Positions 35,668 to 49,239 of a stretch of DNA of 64,000 nt are shown one piece after another. Position 1 is the stretch's first letter. Each line of letters opens with the position of its first letter. Below the pieces are notes generated by a model. The model was not told the origin of the DNA. It saw only the letters and a program-made list of their open reading frames with translations, and did no database searches. The translations under genes and the position numbers were made by a program. Origin of the DNA: Mustelus asterias. Lineage: Eukaryota. Where the stretch lies: NCBI RefSeq assembly GCF_964213995.1, contig NW_027590213.1, positions 434,001 to 498,000 of the forward strand, given 5' to 3'.

Positions 35668-36210
35668 TTGAAGGAAAAAGCATTGTTCACAGTAGATGAA
35701 ACTGTTCTCTGCGTGGACGAGGCTTCAGTTGATCATCTGGCCTCAGGAGCTACAAATATAAACATCCTGGGGAGGAACCATGGAAGAGTGAGGACAGTGA
35801 TGAGGGATTCAGTTACCCGTCTGAGCTGGAAGCTCATCGTGCACCGGGGAGAGGCCGTTCACCGGCTCTGTGTATTGGACTGATTTCACTCCATCAGCCA
35901 ACCTGTTGGCTCACTGACATATTCACACTGGGGGGAGATTGTTCAAACGCTTCAGAGATGGAAAGGGATTCATTCAGTCATCCCACCATATGACACACAA
36001 ACGTATTCACACTTGAGTGATTTTGTTAATTGCCCAGACTACGAGAAGAGCTGTAAAAGTTCCAGGGAAGTGATATCCTATCAACTTGTCCACACTGACG
36101 AGAGACCGTTCAGGTGCTCTCACTTTGGGACTGAGTTCAGGCGATTATCTCACCTCACAGTGCACCAGCAAATTCACACTGGGGAGAGGTTATTCCTCTG
36201 CTCTGACTCA
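35668..36210 (+). pseudogene. C2H2 ZNF pseudogene (ZNF-D)
   Basis: Finger remnants ([32 protein letters not shown]) with stops and frameshifts; upstream region paralogous to that of 41158-42022. Confidence 0.85.
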
Positions 36211-36456
36211 GTTGAAAAAAATTACAAGTAAATCACTATTTGCTATAGACCAAAGAAAGATACTCTATTAGAAGAGTAAGGGTCACAAGGTAAAACAAGC
36301 CAAGTTCCAGAATATTAAACATCCAGTCCAGTTACAGAGATTATAAACATCAACAGAAACAAACCCAAACTATCAGAATGAAGAGAGTTCAGTCTTGGGT
36401 GTCATTAACAACAGCAGAATCCAATCCCAGTAATCACTGCTGAACTCGCCGGTGTG

Positions 36457-37374
36457 TCAGCCAATTAGATGATCGATTGTATCCTTCTCACACGTGGAAC
36501 AGGAGTCTGGTCTCTCCCCAGTGTGAACTCGCTGGTGTGTCCGCAGGTTGGATGAATTACTGAATCCTTTCCCACACTGAGAGCAGGTGAATGGTCTCTC
36601 TCCAGTGTGAACCCGCTGATGTATCTGCAGGTGGGATGACTGAGTGAATGTTTTCCCACAATAGGAGCAGGTGAATGGTCTCTCCCCAGTGTGCAATCGT
36701 TGGTGTCTCTGCAGATTTGATGCATAAGGAAAATGCTTCCCACACTCAGAGCAGATGAACGGCCTCTCCCCAGTGTGAACTCGCTGATGTATCAGCAGAT
36801 AGGATGAATCAGTGAATCCCTTCCCACACTCGGAGCAGCTGAACGGTCTCTCCCTGGTGTGAATTTGCTGGTGTCTCTGCAGGTTGGATGAATTACTGAA
36901 TCCTTTCCCACACTCAGAGCAGATGAATGGCCTCTCCCCGGTGTGAACTCGCTCGTGTGTCTGCAGGTGGGATAACTGAGTGAATCCCTTCCCACACTCT
37001 GAACACGTGAACCATTTCTCCCCGGTGTGAACTCGCTGGTGCATCAGCAAGTTGGATGATTCACTGAATCCCTTCCCACAATCGGAGCAGGTGAATGGCT
37101 TCTCCCCGCTGTGAACTCGCTTGTGTGCCTGCAGGTGGGATGAACTTGTGAATCCTTTCCCGCACTCGGGGCAGGTGAATGGCCACTCCCCTGTGTGAAC
37201 TCGTTTGTGTGTCTGCAGGGAGGATGAATGAGCAAATCCCTTCCCACACTCCAAACAAATGAACGGCCTCTCCCCAGTGTGATTACATCGATGAGTTTCC
37301 AGTTGGTGTGAGAAATTGAATCCTTTACCACAGTCTCCACATTTCCACGGCTTCTCCATGGTGCTGGTGTCCAT
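36457..37374 (-). CDS. C2H2 zinc-finger protein, 10 fingers plus a broken 11th, 305 aa (ZNF-E)
   Basis: Intact [15 protein letters not shown]...; last finger degenerate. Confidence 0.85.
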   Translation of the reverse strand: MDTSTMEKPWKCGDCGKGFNFSHQLETHRCNHTGERPFICLECGKGFAHSSSLQTHKRVHTGEWPFTCPECGKGFTSSSHLQAHKRVHSGEKPFTCSDCGKGFSESSNLLMHQRVHTGEKWFTCSECGKGFTQLSHLQTHERVHTGERPFICSECGKGFSNSSNLQRHQQIHTRERPFSCSECGKGFTDSSYLLIHQRVHTGERPFICSECGKHFPYASNLQRHQRLHTGERPFTCSYCGKTFTQSSHLQIHQRVHTGERPFTCSQCGKGFSNSSNLRTHQRVHTGERPDSCSTCEKDTIDHLIG

Positions 37375-38189
37375 GTGTCTCTCCCAGTTTGACAGTCAGC
37401 TGAAGCCTCATCCACAACAAAACACCCGAACGGTCTCACCCCAATGTGACTGGTGCTGTCTTTTCAAGCTGTGTTGGAGTTTTTTTCCACAGTCAGTTCA
37501 CTGGAACGCTCTCACTCCGATCTATGTGCGTCCATGCTTTTCCAATCACATTTATGGTTGAAATCTCTTGAAGCAGAAGAACAGACAAATATTTCTCTTT
37601 GTAGATTCCAAAGGCTGATGTTGTCCAGGTCCCGATGAATGGAGTTAATCTGTCAGATCACCATGAGTATTTGTTTTGAGATTTCTGTCTGGAAATCCTC
37701 TTCTGATATCCTGTAACACGAATTTCCAAAATTCATCACTGTCAGTGCAACTTAGAAATTCAGAAAAGACAATCCCAGTTTTTATAGAAAATTCTTTACT
37801 TTTCCCCACTATTCTTACCCTGCTGTATCCCACTATACACCCTCCCAATTCTCCTAAAGGTGCCAATTCATGTTGGTTAACCAATCTATGCTCATCACTT
37901 CCTGTTCAAATGTGTGTAATATGCAGCACTCATTACTTGGTTGGAGATATAGTGGGGTCAGCGAGTGATCATGATCTGGAATTGGATGCCCACGGATCTG
38001 GTGGCAACGAAAGCAATTAAAGATTTCAAACTGAAATTGGAGGCACACTTGAAGGAAATAATCTTGCAGGAGAATGAGTAGATGGAGGGGCAATGGGTCT
38101 GACTGGATTGCTCTACAGAGAGTTGACATCGACTCCTTCTCTATCGGAATAACGATGCCTGGAAATATATTAACATAGTTACAATGTTC

Positions 38190-38716
38190 TCATAGAAACC
38201 CTACAGTGCAGAAAGAGGCCATTCAGCCCATCAAGTCTGCACCGACCACAATCCCACCCAGGCCCTAACCCCATATCCCTACATATTTACCCACTGATCC
38301 CTCTAACCTACACATCTCAGGACACTAAGGGGCAATTTTAGCACGGCCAATCAACCTAACCCGCACATCTTTGGACTGTGGGAGGAAACCGGAGCACCCG
38401 GAGGAAATCCATGCAGACACTGGGAGAATGTGCAAACTCAACACACACACTGACCCAAGGCCAGAATTGAACCCAGGTCCCTGGAGCTGTGAAGCAGCAG
38501 TGCTAACCACTGTGCTACCGTGCCGCCCCATTCTATTACAAGACTAGAATTATAGAATCCCTACAGTGCAGAAGGAGGCAATTCAGCCCATCCAGTCTGC
38601 ACTGACCACAATCCCACCCAGGCCCGATTCCGTAACCCCACTTAATGACCCTGCTATTCCCATAGTCACCAGGGTCAATTTTACCACGGCCAATCAACCT
38701 AACCCGCACATCATTG
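38190..38716 (-). mobile_element. Full HE1-type SINE (38190-38530) and a 5'-truncated copy (38548-38716)
   Basis: Family head, core and tail. Confidence 0.85.
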
Positions 38717-38859
38717 GACGAACCTGTATTAGAGATATTAAAAAGGCACAGCACCATGTGTTTGACACAAAGCCAATTTATTTGACTATTATCCACAATA
38801 TTAACACCTATAAATGGACTGTTGTTTATTAACAGCAATGGAAACAGACCCATTCGAAC

Positions 38860-40915
38860 ATAATAATTAGGAACAGGGGGAGGCCACTCGGCCCCTCGAG
38901 CCTGTTCCGCCATTCAATAAGATCATGGCTGATCTGATTGTAACCTCAACCCAACATTCCTGCCCACTACCCTCACCAATAATCTTCCATCTCCTTGTTA
39001 ATCAGGAGACTATCTTGCTCTGTCTTCAAAATATTCCAAGATTCTGCTTCCTCTGCCTTTTGAGGAAGAGTTCCAAAGATCCATGATCCTCTGAGAGAAA
39101 ACACTTCTCCCCACCTCTGTCTTAAACACATTTTTAAACAGTGTCTCCTTGTTCAAAATTCTCCTGCAAGAAAAAAAAAATCATCCTTTCCACATCAACC
39201 CAGTCAATAGCCCTCAGAAACTTAAAAGGTTTCAATCAAGGCCCCTCTTACTCTTCTAAACTCCAGTGGATACAAGCCTAGACTCTCCAATCTTTCCTCA
39301 TAAGACAACCTGCCTATTTCTGGTATTAGTCTGGTAGACATTCTCTGAACTGCTTCCAATGCATTTACATCTTTCCTTAAATGAGGAGTTCAATACTTTA
39401 ACAACACTCCAGATGTGGTCTCACCAGTGTCCTGTATGACTGAAACATAAACTCACTCCTTTTGTAACCAATTTCCTCACAATAAACAATGACATTCTAT
39501 TAACTTTCCTGATTACTTGCTGTACCTGCATTCCAGCCTTTTGTGATTCATGCACTAGGACACCTCTGAATCTCAGAGCTCTGCAACCTCTCACCATTTA
39601 ACGTTTTTTAAAAATTTGGCAGGAATTCCTGCCAAAATTGATAATTCCACATTTGCCCACGTTATACTCCATTTGCCAAATCTTTGCCCACTAGCTGAAC
39701 TTATCTACATCCCTTTGTGGCCTCCTTACATCCTCTTCACACTTACTTTTCTACCTTTGTGTCCTCAGCAAATTTAGCGACCATGCTTGCATCCAAGTCA
39801 TTTATATAAGTTGTTAAAAGTAGAGGTCCCAGTTCTGATCGCTTTGGCACACCACTCGTCACATCCTGCCAACCAGATAAAGATCCATGTGTGCCAACTC
39901 TGTTTCCCGTTAGCTTGCCAATCTTCTTTCCATGCCATATTACCCCCACACAGAGATTCTATTTTCCACATTAAGCTTTGATGTGGCAGCTTATCAAATG
40001 CATTTTGGAAATCTAAGTACAGTACATTCACCTTTGCTGCCCCATTATCCAATATATAAAGTCACCATCTCCCAGATGTCCCCTTGAGAGGGAGAGCTGA
40101 CTGGTGGTCACTTAACCTGAGGATCATAAATTCATAAGATATAGGAGCAGAATTAGACCATTCGGCCAATCGAGTCTGTTCCACCATTCGATCATGGCTG
40201 ATAACCTCCTCATCCCCATTTTCCTGCCTTCTCCCCATAACCCTTCAACCCATTACCAATTAAAAATCTGTCCAACTCCTCCTCAAATTTACTCACTGTC
40301 CCAGCATCCACCACCCTTTGGGACAGCGAATTCCACAGATTCATAACCCTTTGGGAGAAGCAGTTTCTCCTCAACTCTGTTTTAACTTTGCTGCCCCTTA
40401 TCCTAAGGCTATGACCTCTCATCCTAGAATGCCCCAGAAGAGGAAGCATCCGTTCCACGTCTGCTTTATCCACACCTTTCATCATCTTGGATCACCACAC
40501 CTCAGGTGAGGGGCAAGATTGAGGAGACGGCACCTTCATGAATAACCTTGGTTGGCACGAGAATTGAACCTGTGCTGTTGGTGTCGCTGTGCATCACAAA
40601 CCAGCCACCCGGCCAACTGAGCGAACCGACCCCCTTTATCCAAAGTATATGTGACTCCTTCAAAGAACTCCAATAAATAGGTTGAATATGATTTCCCTTT
40701 CTCAAACCGTGCTGACTCTCTCTGGTTGTCTGAATTTTTCTCATTCTCATGATATCTTTAATAAAGCTTTAATATTTTCCCTACATCAGGTTTTATATTA
40801 AGTGGTCTTTAGTTTCCTTTTTGCCTCCCTCCTTTTTTTGAATAAAGGAGTTACATTTGCTACTTTGCAATCTACTGGAATCTTCCTCAAATCTCGCGAC
40901 TTTTAGATAATTAAA
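38860..40915 (-). mobile_element. Decayed CR1 (38860-40050, 40630-40915) containing a different tRNA SINE (~40070-40634) that is split by a CR1 3' end (40127-40488)
   Basis: YLDFQNAFDKLPHQ, GVPKRSELGP, KFAEDTK; TSD ggatca at 40121-40126 and 40489-40494. Confidence 0.8.
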
Positions 40916-41045
40916 ATGGTGCTATTTCCTTCCATGTTCAAAATTCTCTGCTGTTCAGGTTACAATACATTGTGCAATTCCATCCAATCCTGATCTGATG
41001 TTTTGTGCAAGTTTCCTGACCCCAAATCCTCCCCTTCTAAGACCA
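40914..41045 (-). pseudogene. 5' remnant of another ZNF last exon (MEGNSTI) abutting CR1 sequence
   Basis: ttgaacatggaaggaaatagcacc matches the start of ZNF-F at ~42005-42028. Confidence 0.7.
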
Positions 41046-41157
41046 ATTATATCAACACCTATAACAGAGCTGGAGTCACTTTTCAATTCAGCAGAAACAG
41101 ACCCAAAGGTACATGATTCAGTCTGAACACGAAAACAGCAAAATCCAATCACAATAG

Positions 41158-42022
41158 TTACTTGTGAACTCGCTGGTGTCTCAGCAGATTGGATGACTGA
41201 CTGAATCCCTTTCCACACTTGGAACAAGTGAACGGCTTCTCCCCGGTGTGAATTCGCTGGTGTGTCAGCAAAGTGGATGAGTGAGCAAATCCATTCCCAC
41301 ACTGGGAGCAGGTGAAGGGTCTCTCCCCAGTGTGAGTGCGCTGGTGTACAGTGAGTTGAGATGATTGCTTGAACCCAGTCCCACAGTGAGAGCTGTGGTT
41401 TCTCATCAGTGTGAACACGTTGATGGTAATGCAGATTTACAGAATTTTTAAAGCATTTCCCACAGTCTGGACATTTAAAAGGTCTCTCATCAGTGTGAAT
41501 CCGCTGGTGTGTGAAGAGGGTGGCTGACTGAGCAAATCTCTTCCCACACTGGGAGCAAGTGAATGGCCTCTCCCCAGTGTGAATTCGCTGGTGTAATGCG
41601 AGGTTGGAAGACTGAGTGAATCCCTTCCCACACACAGAGCAGGTGAACGGCCTTTCCCCAGTGTGGATTCGCTGATGTTTCAGCAGATGGGATGAGGCAC
41701 TGATTCCTTTCCCACACTGGGAGCAGTTGAATGGTCTCTCTTCAGTGTGAGTTCTCTGGTGTATATGTAAGCTGTTTGACTGAGTGAATCCCCTCCCACA
41801 CTGGGAGCAGGTGAATGGTCTCTCCCCACTGTGACTGCGCCAATGAATCTCCAGCTGGGAAGGGTAATCGAATCCCTTCCCACAGTCCCCACATTTCCAC
41901 AGCTTCTCCCCGTTGCGACTGCAATTATGTTCCGAAAGGCTGGATGATTGGTTGAAGTCTTGTCCACACACAGAACACGTGTACAGTTTCTCTTCACTGT
42001 GAACGGTGCTATTTCCTTCCAT
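41158..42022 (-). pseudogene. Frameshifted C2H2 ZNF (ZNF-F): 7 fingers, a small deletion near 41395, then 3 more finger units in another frame
   Basis: ORF 40955-42028 leaves finger register after HTDEKP; ORF 41158-41418 holds the remaining fingers. Confidence 0.8.
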
Positions 42023-43394
42023 GTTCAAAACACAATGATATTCAGGTTACAACAAATTGGCTAACTCCATCAGGTTTTGATATAATATTTGGTTTCAGTT
42101 TCCCAACTGCAAATCCTCCTCTTCTAAACCCTGTGAAATTGATTTAAAACAGAAAAAAGGAAGTGAGAGAGAACCCACAAAAACACAAAGGCAGTTTGTG
42201 AAATTGAGCTGAATGAATCTGGTCATTTGTGGGGCTGGCACTCGGAAAAAGTGATCATGAAAATTGCTGGATTGTCATAAAAACCCAGCGGGTTCACTGA
42301 TATCCTTCAGGGCAGGAAATCTGCCACCCAGTCTGGACACAAGACTCTGGACACTGAGAGAAGACAGAGAGAAGTCGGAGAGGTCAGGGTGAAGGAGAGG
42401 GATTTTGTACATTGACAACTCAATTAGAACTTTGACAGAAAGTTTCCCAAAATCTCAACCTCCACCCACCTAGAAGGACCAGGGTAGCAACTAGATGGGA
42501 ACACCATCACCTTCAAGTTCCTCTCCAACTCACACACCAACCTGACTTGTCTGACATCCAGTACTAAAAGAACAGAAATTTCTTTCATATAAACACTGGG
42601 AAGACTGTACCCATTGTCTTCAGTCCCCACTACAAACTCCACTCCCTCGCCAGCAACTCTCTCCCTCTTCCTGGCAACTGTCTGAGGCTGAAGCAAACTG
42701 TTCACAACCATGGTAAAATATTTCACCCCAAGTTGAGCTTCCAGCCACATTGCCACATCATCATCAAGACCGCCTATTTCCACCTCAGTGCCATTGATCA
42801 ACTCTACTCCAGTCTCAGCTCCTTTGGAACTCTCATCCATTCCATTGTGATGTGAAACACAGGGGAATGGGGATACAGAGAGGGAATGGGACTGACTGAA
42901 TTGCTCCACAGAGAGTTGGCATGGATCTGAGTTGCCAAATGGATTCCTTCTGTGTTGTAATGTTTCCATCACTGGAAATAGATAATGTTGATACACTGCT
43001 ATATATTTTAAGACAAGAAATAGGAATTGGAAATAACATAGTATATACCATGGAACGACATTAAACATATCTCTCTCCCATACAAATTTACTGTTCATTA
43101 AAATGTTAGCCCTCTCCTGAGAAAACTCCCCCTTGAATTATGAACATTGGGTAAGAGGCCATCCTATTAGCCAGATATATAAACATGTCAAAGTGAGGGA
43201 GCTGAAGGATGTCAATGTCTTTGAGAGAGAAAGAAAAAGATACCTGGGCCTAGTCCTGCTCCTAATTCCGATGTTCGTCTGTAACGTTTTCAGAGTGTGC
43301 AGCTCCCTGGATTCACTTCCTTTCCCTTCAGTTGCTGCAAGTCCCCAATTTCCCTCAGAATGAGGAAAGAAATGGACAGGGGGAAACATTGATT

Positions 43395-44110
43395 TCCTCC
43401 CAGATGTTGTCCAGAAGCGGGAGTTTCACTCTGAACCTCGTTGGCCAACTTCCGTATTGTGACGTCACAATGGAATCTAGCCTGAAATAGCCAATAGGAA
43501 TAAGTCTGTACCGATGTGACGTCATGGAGTTCCAGTGCGCAGGCCCGGGCGCGCAGACATGGGAGCCCCTCCCATTGATTCCCCCGCCCCCTGCCATCTC
43601 CTCGAGCCAAGGTTTCCCGGCAACCGGCTGGCGGCTCCGGCCAGAGCGAGAAGCCGCTCGGTGATCTCCCCCTCCCCCCTCTCTCTCCGGCTGCTGCTCC
43701 AAAAAGAGATCGAGAGCGACCGCTGGCGGCAGCCGCACTGCGCCTGCTCCGGACAGCTCGGCTCAGCAGCGCTCTCTGCGCCTGCTCCGGACAACTCGGC
43801 TCAGCAGCGCTCTCTGCGCCTGCGTGCTGGGCTGCCAGCTGAGGGAGTGGGGGAGGGGACTTTGCAAAATCTCTTCCCATCATTTTCTTCCCAGTCCCGC
43901 AGTTTGATTTGAAACAGAACAGCTTCTGTTTGTAGCTTCACCACAGACTCAAACTTCACCACAGACTCAAACTTCACCACAGACTCAAACTTCACACACA
44001 GACTCAAACTTCACACACAGACTCAAACTTCACCACAGACTCAAACTTCACACACAGACTCCAACTTCACACACAGACTCAAACTTCATCCTCTGGCCAA
44101 CATCTGTGAG
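43395..44110. promoter_or_regulatory. Bidirectional ZNF promoter module, copy 3, with unoccupied first-exon ends
   Basis: Two tgacgtca, RFX gtttcccggcaac (43612-43624), CCAAT; ggacaacatctgggagg (minus, ~43400) and ggccaacatct|gtgagg (~44096-44110). Confidence 0.7.
43936..44088 (+). repeat. 18-19 bp minisatellite (cacagactcaaacttcac) x8
   Basis: Directly visible tandem units. Confidence 0.95.
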
Positions 44111-44448
44111 GAAAACTCTTTCTTTCTCCCCCTGGGAATTACAGAGAGTTGTGGGACTCTGGAACTGGAATTAGAGCTAAATATACTGAGGGGGAAATGT
44201 TTGTGATTTTGTGGAACCTGTTTTTATTGTCTGAGCTTTTTAAAGTGTAATTTATCTTGTCTATTCAAATACTGTTTCTTAATGCATGATTCAGTGACAA
44301 TTTTAGATTAATTTTTAAAGTAAAAATGTTTAAAAATGAAACATTGTCTTTCAGTTTATTCCATTGGGATTTGTGGGAATGTGTTTATTATAAGGTGACC
44401 ATGAGGATCGTAACAACATTGATATGCCTGGTGTTGTTATATGGTGCA

Positions 44449-44652
44449 TATGATGTGGAGATGCCGGTGTTGGACTGGGGTGGGCACAGTAAGAAGTCTC
44501 ACAACACCTGGTTAAAGTCCAACGGGTTTATTTGGAATCACGAGCTTTCAGAGCGCTGCTCCTTCTCACCTGATGAAGGGGCAGTGCTCTGAAAGCTTGT
44601 GATTCCAAATAAACATGTTGGACTTTAACCTCGTGCTGTGAGACTTCTTACT
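44449..44652. mobile_element. Penelope-like inverted terminal fragments with hammerhead motif (44566-44602 +)
   Basis: tcac CTGATGA a ggggc agt gctct GAAA gctt gtga. Confidence 0.75.
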
Positions 44653-45452
44653 ATATGGTGCATAATAAGTATTATTTGTGGATCGGTATTACAGTTGATT
44701 TTGTTTAATTCCAGAATAGTATTGTAACTACACTGTATATTTTCCAGTCAAAGAGTCATCAGAGCACAAGATAAATCAATTCAGCAGCTTGAGTCCATGC
44801 CAAGTCTCTGTCGGGGAATCCACTCAGTGCCATTTGTCCTCGATATCCCTGTTCCCCAGTACGTTTAATTCCTTCAAGTGCCCGACCAATTTTATTTTGA
44901 AATCACTGGTCGTCTCCACTTCCACCACTCTCATCGTCAGTGAGTTCCAGAACATGATTGCTTGCTCCCCAAGTCAAGTTCTTCCACACCCATCTGTATC
45001 TCTAATCATGTAATAGAGTGCTGAATATTGCATACATTTTCAGTTCACTAAATATGCAAATTTTTGATATGCTTAGACACAATCCTGTGTGAAGATTTCA
45101 GGAATATGTGTCCTGTACATGAAACAGTCGGCACAGATCTGTCGATTAGGATGAATCAGCGCCCTCAGGACAATGCTAGACCTCAAATAGACAAAGGTGA
45201 GAATGGAGGGAGAGTGTTTGGGATGGAGATTTACAAATTTTCAAGAATGAGAGGAAAGAATGTTCCACAGGAACTAGAATTGTCTGTTCTGAGTGTTTAT
45301 CCTGTACTGGCAGCAATGATTTTTGTGAATTTCTTTCACAGGTTATTAGAAGGGGAGAATTTACAGACACAAATCTCAACAAACATGACATTAGGATCTG
45401 ACAGAGTCACCCAATTATTCAGATCTGATTACCATCGGCATTTGAAACTAGA

Positions 45453-46622
45453 ATGGGAAATGTTTGTCTGTTCCTTCAAACTGTTTAAACATCAGTGTGA
45501 CTGGAAAATCACTGAGACACATACACTCGAGTGAGAGTATTCCAGTGAACTGACTGTGGAAAGAGCTTTAACCAGTTACACAGCCTGGAAAAGATTGAAG
45601 GATTCACAGTGAGGAGAGATCATGTACGTGTTATCTGTGGGGTCAAACCTTCATCTGAACCTGGCGATGTACAAAGACACTCAGACCATGGAAATGTAGG
45701 GACTGTGGGAAGGGATTCAATTGTCCCTCGAAGCTGGAAACCCTTCGATGCAGCCACACTGTGGAGACACCGTTCACCTGCTCTGAGTTTGGAAGGGGAT
45801 TTCGTGATTCATCCACCCTGAGGAATCACCAGCGACTTCACATCAGGGAGAGGCCATTCACCTGCTCTGAGTGTGGGAAGAAATTCAGCGATTCGTCTGC
45901 CCTGCTGACACACCAGCGGGTTCACAATGGGGAGAGACCATTCACCTGTTGTGTGTGTGGAAAGGGATTCACTCAGTCATCTACCCTGCAGAACCCACAG
46001 CGATTTCACACGGGTGAGGGACTGTCCCCCTGCTCAGAGCATGGGAAGAGATTCACTCACTCATCCCTCCCGCTGACAAACCAACGCATTCACACTGGGC
46101 CGAGGCCATTCATCTGCTCCGAGTGTTGGAAGGGATTCACTCAATTATCTAGTCTGCTGAGACACAAAGGATTACACACTGGGGAAAGGCCATTCATCTG
46201 ATGTGTGTGTGGGAAGTGATTCAGTCAATCATCCAGTCTGCTGGAATACTGAGGCACCTCCCCCAATAAGAAACCTGTTCAATGCTCTGACTGTGGGAGC
46301 TGCTTTAAAACCTGAGCCTACCTGAGGGTCGACCAGCGCATTCACACTGAGGAGACCCCGTTCAGGCGCTCTCACTGTGCAAAGAGGGTTAGAACATCAT
46401 CTGACCTCCTGAAACATCAGGGAATTCACACTGGGGAGAGACCCTGATAATTCCCACTCACTTTCAGCGATTTCTCATAAAACCTACCAGATTGGAAGCT
46501 TCTGCCTGAAATTTTATTTTCCCTTAGTTTCCAAACTGAGACCATTCACCTGCTCAGTGTGTGGGAAAGGATTCACTTGTTCACCCAAGCTGCTGAGGCA
46601 CCATGGCAGTCACACCCATTAG
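45453..46622 (+). pseudogene. C2H2 ZNF pseudogene (ZNF-G)
   Basis: Many finger repeats with stops (46199-46201 onward), lost Cys/His residues and a 94-bp insertion. Confidence 0.85.
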
Positions 46623-46649
46623 TGATCTTTTGGATGCTCTGACTGTGGC

Positions 46650-47130
46650 TGTTAATTATACCAATAGAGGTTAAGTTTATTCAGATGGAGGGCACTGATT
46701 AGATAGTTATAATGAGCAGGTAAAAAGTGGGACTCACTAATATAACTTGGAGTCAGAGTTCAACCTGTAATGTTTGATTCTGTGAACAAATCTATTCCAA
46801 ATAAAGATTGACTCCGCCCCAAGGCTGTCAGGATTATAACATGGTAACAGAAAATGCTTGTCTAATGGTGAAGGTTGGAAACTAAAAGAAAGTATATTTC
46901 AGACAGAAGCTTCCAATCCCAGCAGCTTTTGTGAGAAATGACTGAAAGGCAGTGGGAATTGTCAGGGTCTGATTACCTGCTGATGCTCTCGGAGTCTGAA
47001 CCATACAACCAGTGGAAGAATGAAGTGGCGATGTGGACACGGGTTACATCCCGATCAAGGAGGAAACAAGATCTGGCCTTGGCATTGTCACTTCCTAACA
47101 CAAGGAAAATCAGCAACAAAGCATTTTCTG
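46650..47130 (+). mobile_element. Gypsy-type LTR element 5' end: LTR (46650-46841), primer-binding site, gag N-terminus
   Basis: TGTTA...aataaa...TAACA, then TGGTAACAGAAAATG (resembles the tRNA-iMet PBS TGGTAGCAGAGGATG); PYNQWKNEVAMWTRVTS..KQDLALALSLP. Confidence 0.75.
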
Positions 47131-49239
47131 ATCAGCCAAACTGCAAGTTGATACCTGCACTGGCACGGATGATTCATGTAAAGAATTCACTTCAGGTGGT
47201 TGGAGGGTAGAATCCCTGTCAATTGGTCTATGGGAGAAATCCCTAATTCCCCTCTGTGCCGGGCGATCGTCCTCCTGCTTTCAAGGGATACAATTAGTTC
47301 CATTTTCAGTCATCAATTATCTGATTGTTCCATGAAAAGAATTGCTCGAAGCAACAAATTATTGGAGATACCAGAAGAGGGTTTCTTCATGTGTAACATT
47401 TGGACTGAAGAAGAAAAAAACATCTTTTTCTTCGATTTGTTTTGAAACACTGTTTGTGTGAATTTTTGCGATCCCGGTCAGGACTGTTAACGTTTGCAGA
47501 GAAATTCGAACACCCAGTGATTAACTGAAAGAATTACATCACAAGATTCCACATTTTTAAACAAAAACAAACTTTACTGAATATTTAAATAAAATTTAAA
47601 AAGACAACACTACAAATTGAATACTACACTCAATAAAGATTTATGATATAAACCTAGTTCTATTTTTTTACCTCACCCCAAGAGTTTCTTTATACTTAAC
47701 AATATCTTGAAGGTTCATTCACTTCTGTTCCTAGGACCATCCCAAAGGTATGTCAAAGCTCTCCACAATTCACTTTAATTCTCCCCAGTACTCCAGATAT
47801 TCTCCAAGCTCCAAGAGTTTATGGGAGTCCATCCATTATCTTTTCACTAAACAAGCCTCCAATTTTCCTTTAAGCTCTCAAACTGTGGACTCCTCAGTCC
47901 AAACATGGGCTTCATTGCATTCTTGCTGAGGGAGTTAAATGTTGGAAACACCCCTGGTTTCTAATGGTCCTCCAGGCTTCTAGTCCCACAGCTGGTTCAC
48001 AGCTCCTGGTCCCACAACTGGTGGCTTCCAAGCTAACTGCAGACTGTCCGCTGGAACCAGGTCATTGATTGGAAAGGACTCAAAAGGTTACGGGGAAAAG
48101 GCAGGAGAATGGGATTGAGATTTATCAGCCATGATCGAATGGCACAGCAGATTTGATGGGCTGAATAGCCTAATTCTGCTCCTATATCTTATGGTCTAAT
48201 TCTAACCAAGGCTCCACCCTGAATCACATATCCCCATGGTAACAGAGACCAGGTGGAATATCTGACAGATATTTAGCTTCAAAACTAAACCCTTTTTCCC
48301 TGAGGTCTGCATGAAGAATTCACCTGACAAAAACAGTACAATAATTGTCAGACCCAATGTCTCCAGCTAAAAGTTCCAGCTGACCTTTTACAGTTCTTAC
48401 CTCTGGAGTTTTGACTTCTTAAACCAACATGGGCCATGCTTTGTGACTGCGAATTCCCTGAGGGTGTTTTCATCAGATTCTCAATCCAAGTTTTCCATTT
48501 TTTAAAAGCAATTCTTGCAACTAATTCTTATTTCTAAAACATAGGAATTATGAAATTAGATTTTTGGAACAAAAACAGGAAAAAATGGAAACGTATCACC
48601 TTCATAATATCCCATTTAGAATATTACAATATACAACATGCTGTATATCTTAACAACAGCCATGATCTTATTGAATGGTGGAGCAGGCTCGAAGGGCCAA
48701 ATGGCCTCCTCCTGTTCCTCAGTCCACTGATTTCCTATGTTGATCTATCTTATAACCTGCAACAGACATAATAATCCCTCCATTGTCCACTTCACATTCA
48801 CAAGTCCAGCTTGATAACAGCACACTGCTGGGTTCCATGTCCAGGAATTCAGTCCACTGAAGATGGAAATTACTGCTTGCAGTCTTTTCTGAAAGTTTTC
48901 TTTTTACAATAATTATAGTCCAAAGTTCCTCCTGCAAAAAGAGAGTCTTCATTGCTGTTCATTTGTGAATTTTCAAGTTCTATTTTGAAAACAGTCTGTA
49001 CAGAGTTCACATTTTGAAATTTATTTTCTTCCATGTTTGTAGTTCCTCCATTGTTTAAATCCAGAGAGCATATTCCACTCAATTCCACATTGAAACCGAC
49101 TTCTTCTTGCTCAGTTATAGCTGATTCCTTTATTGTCCAGGACAATATATTCACAATATCTTTAAAACAGAAATTAAACATTCCCATTTGATTTCAGACA
49201 GTAACATATTCTGTTAGTTTGTTCTTTATTGTCAATGTC

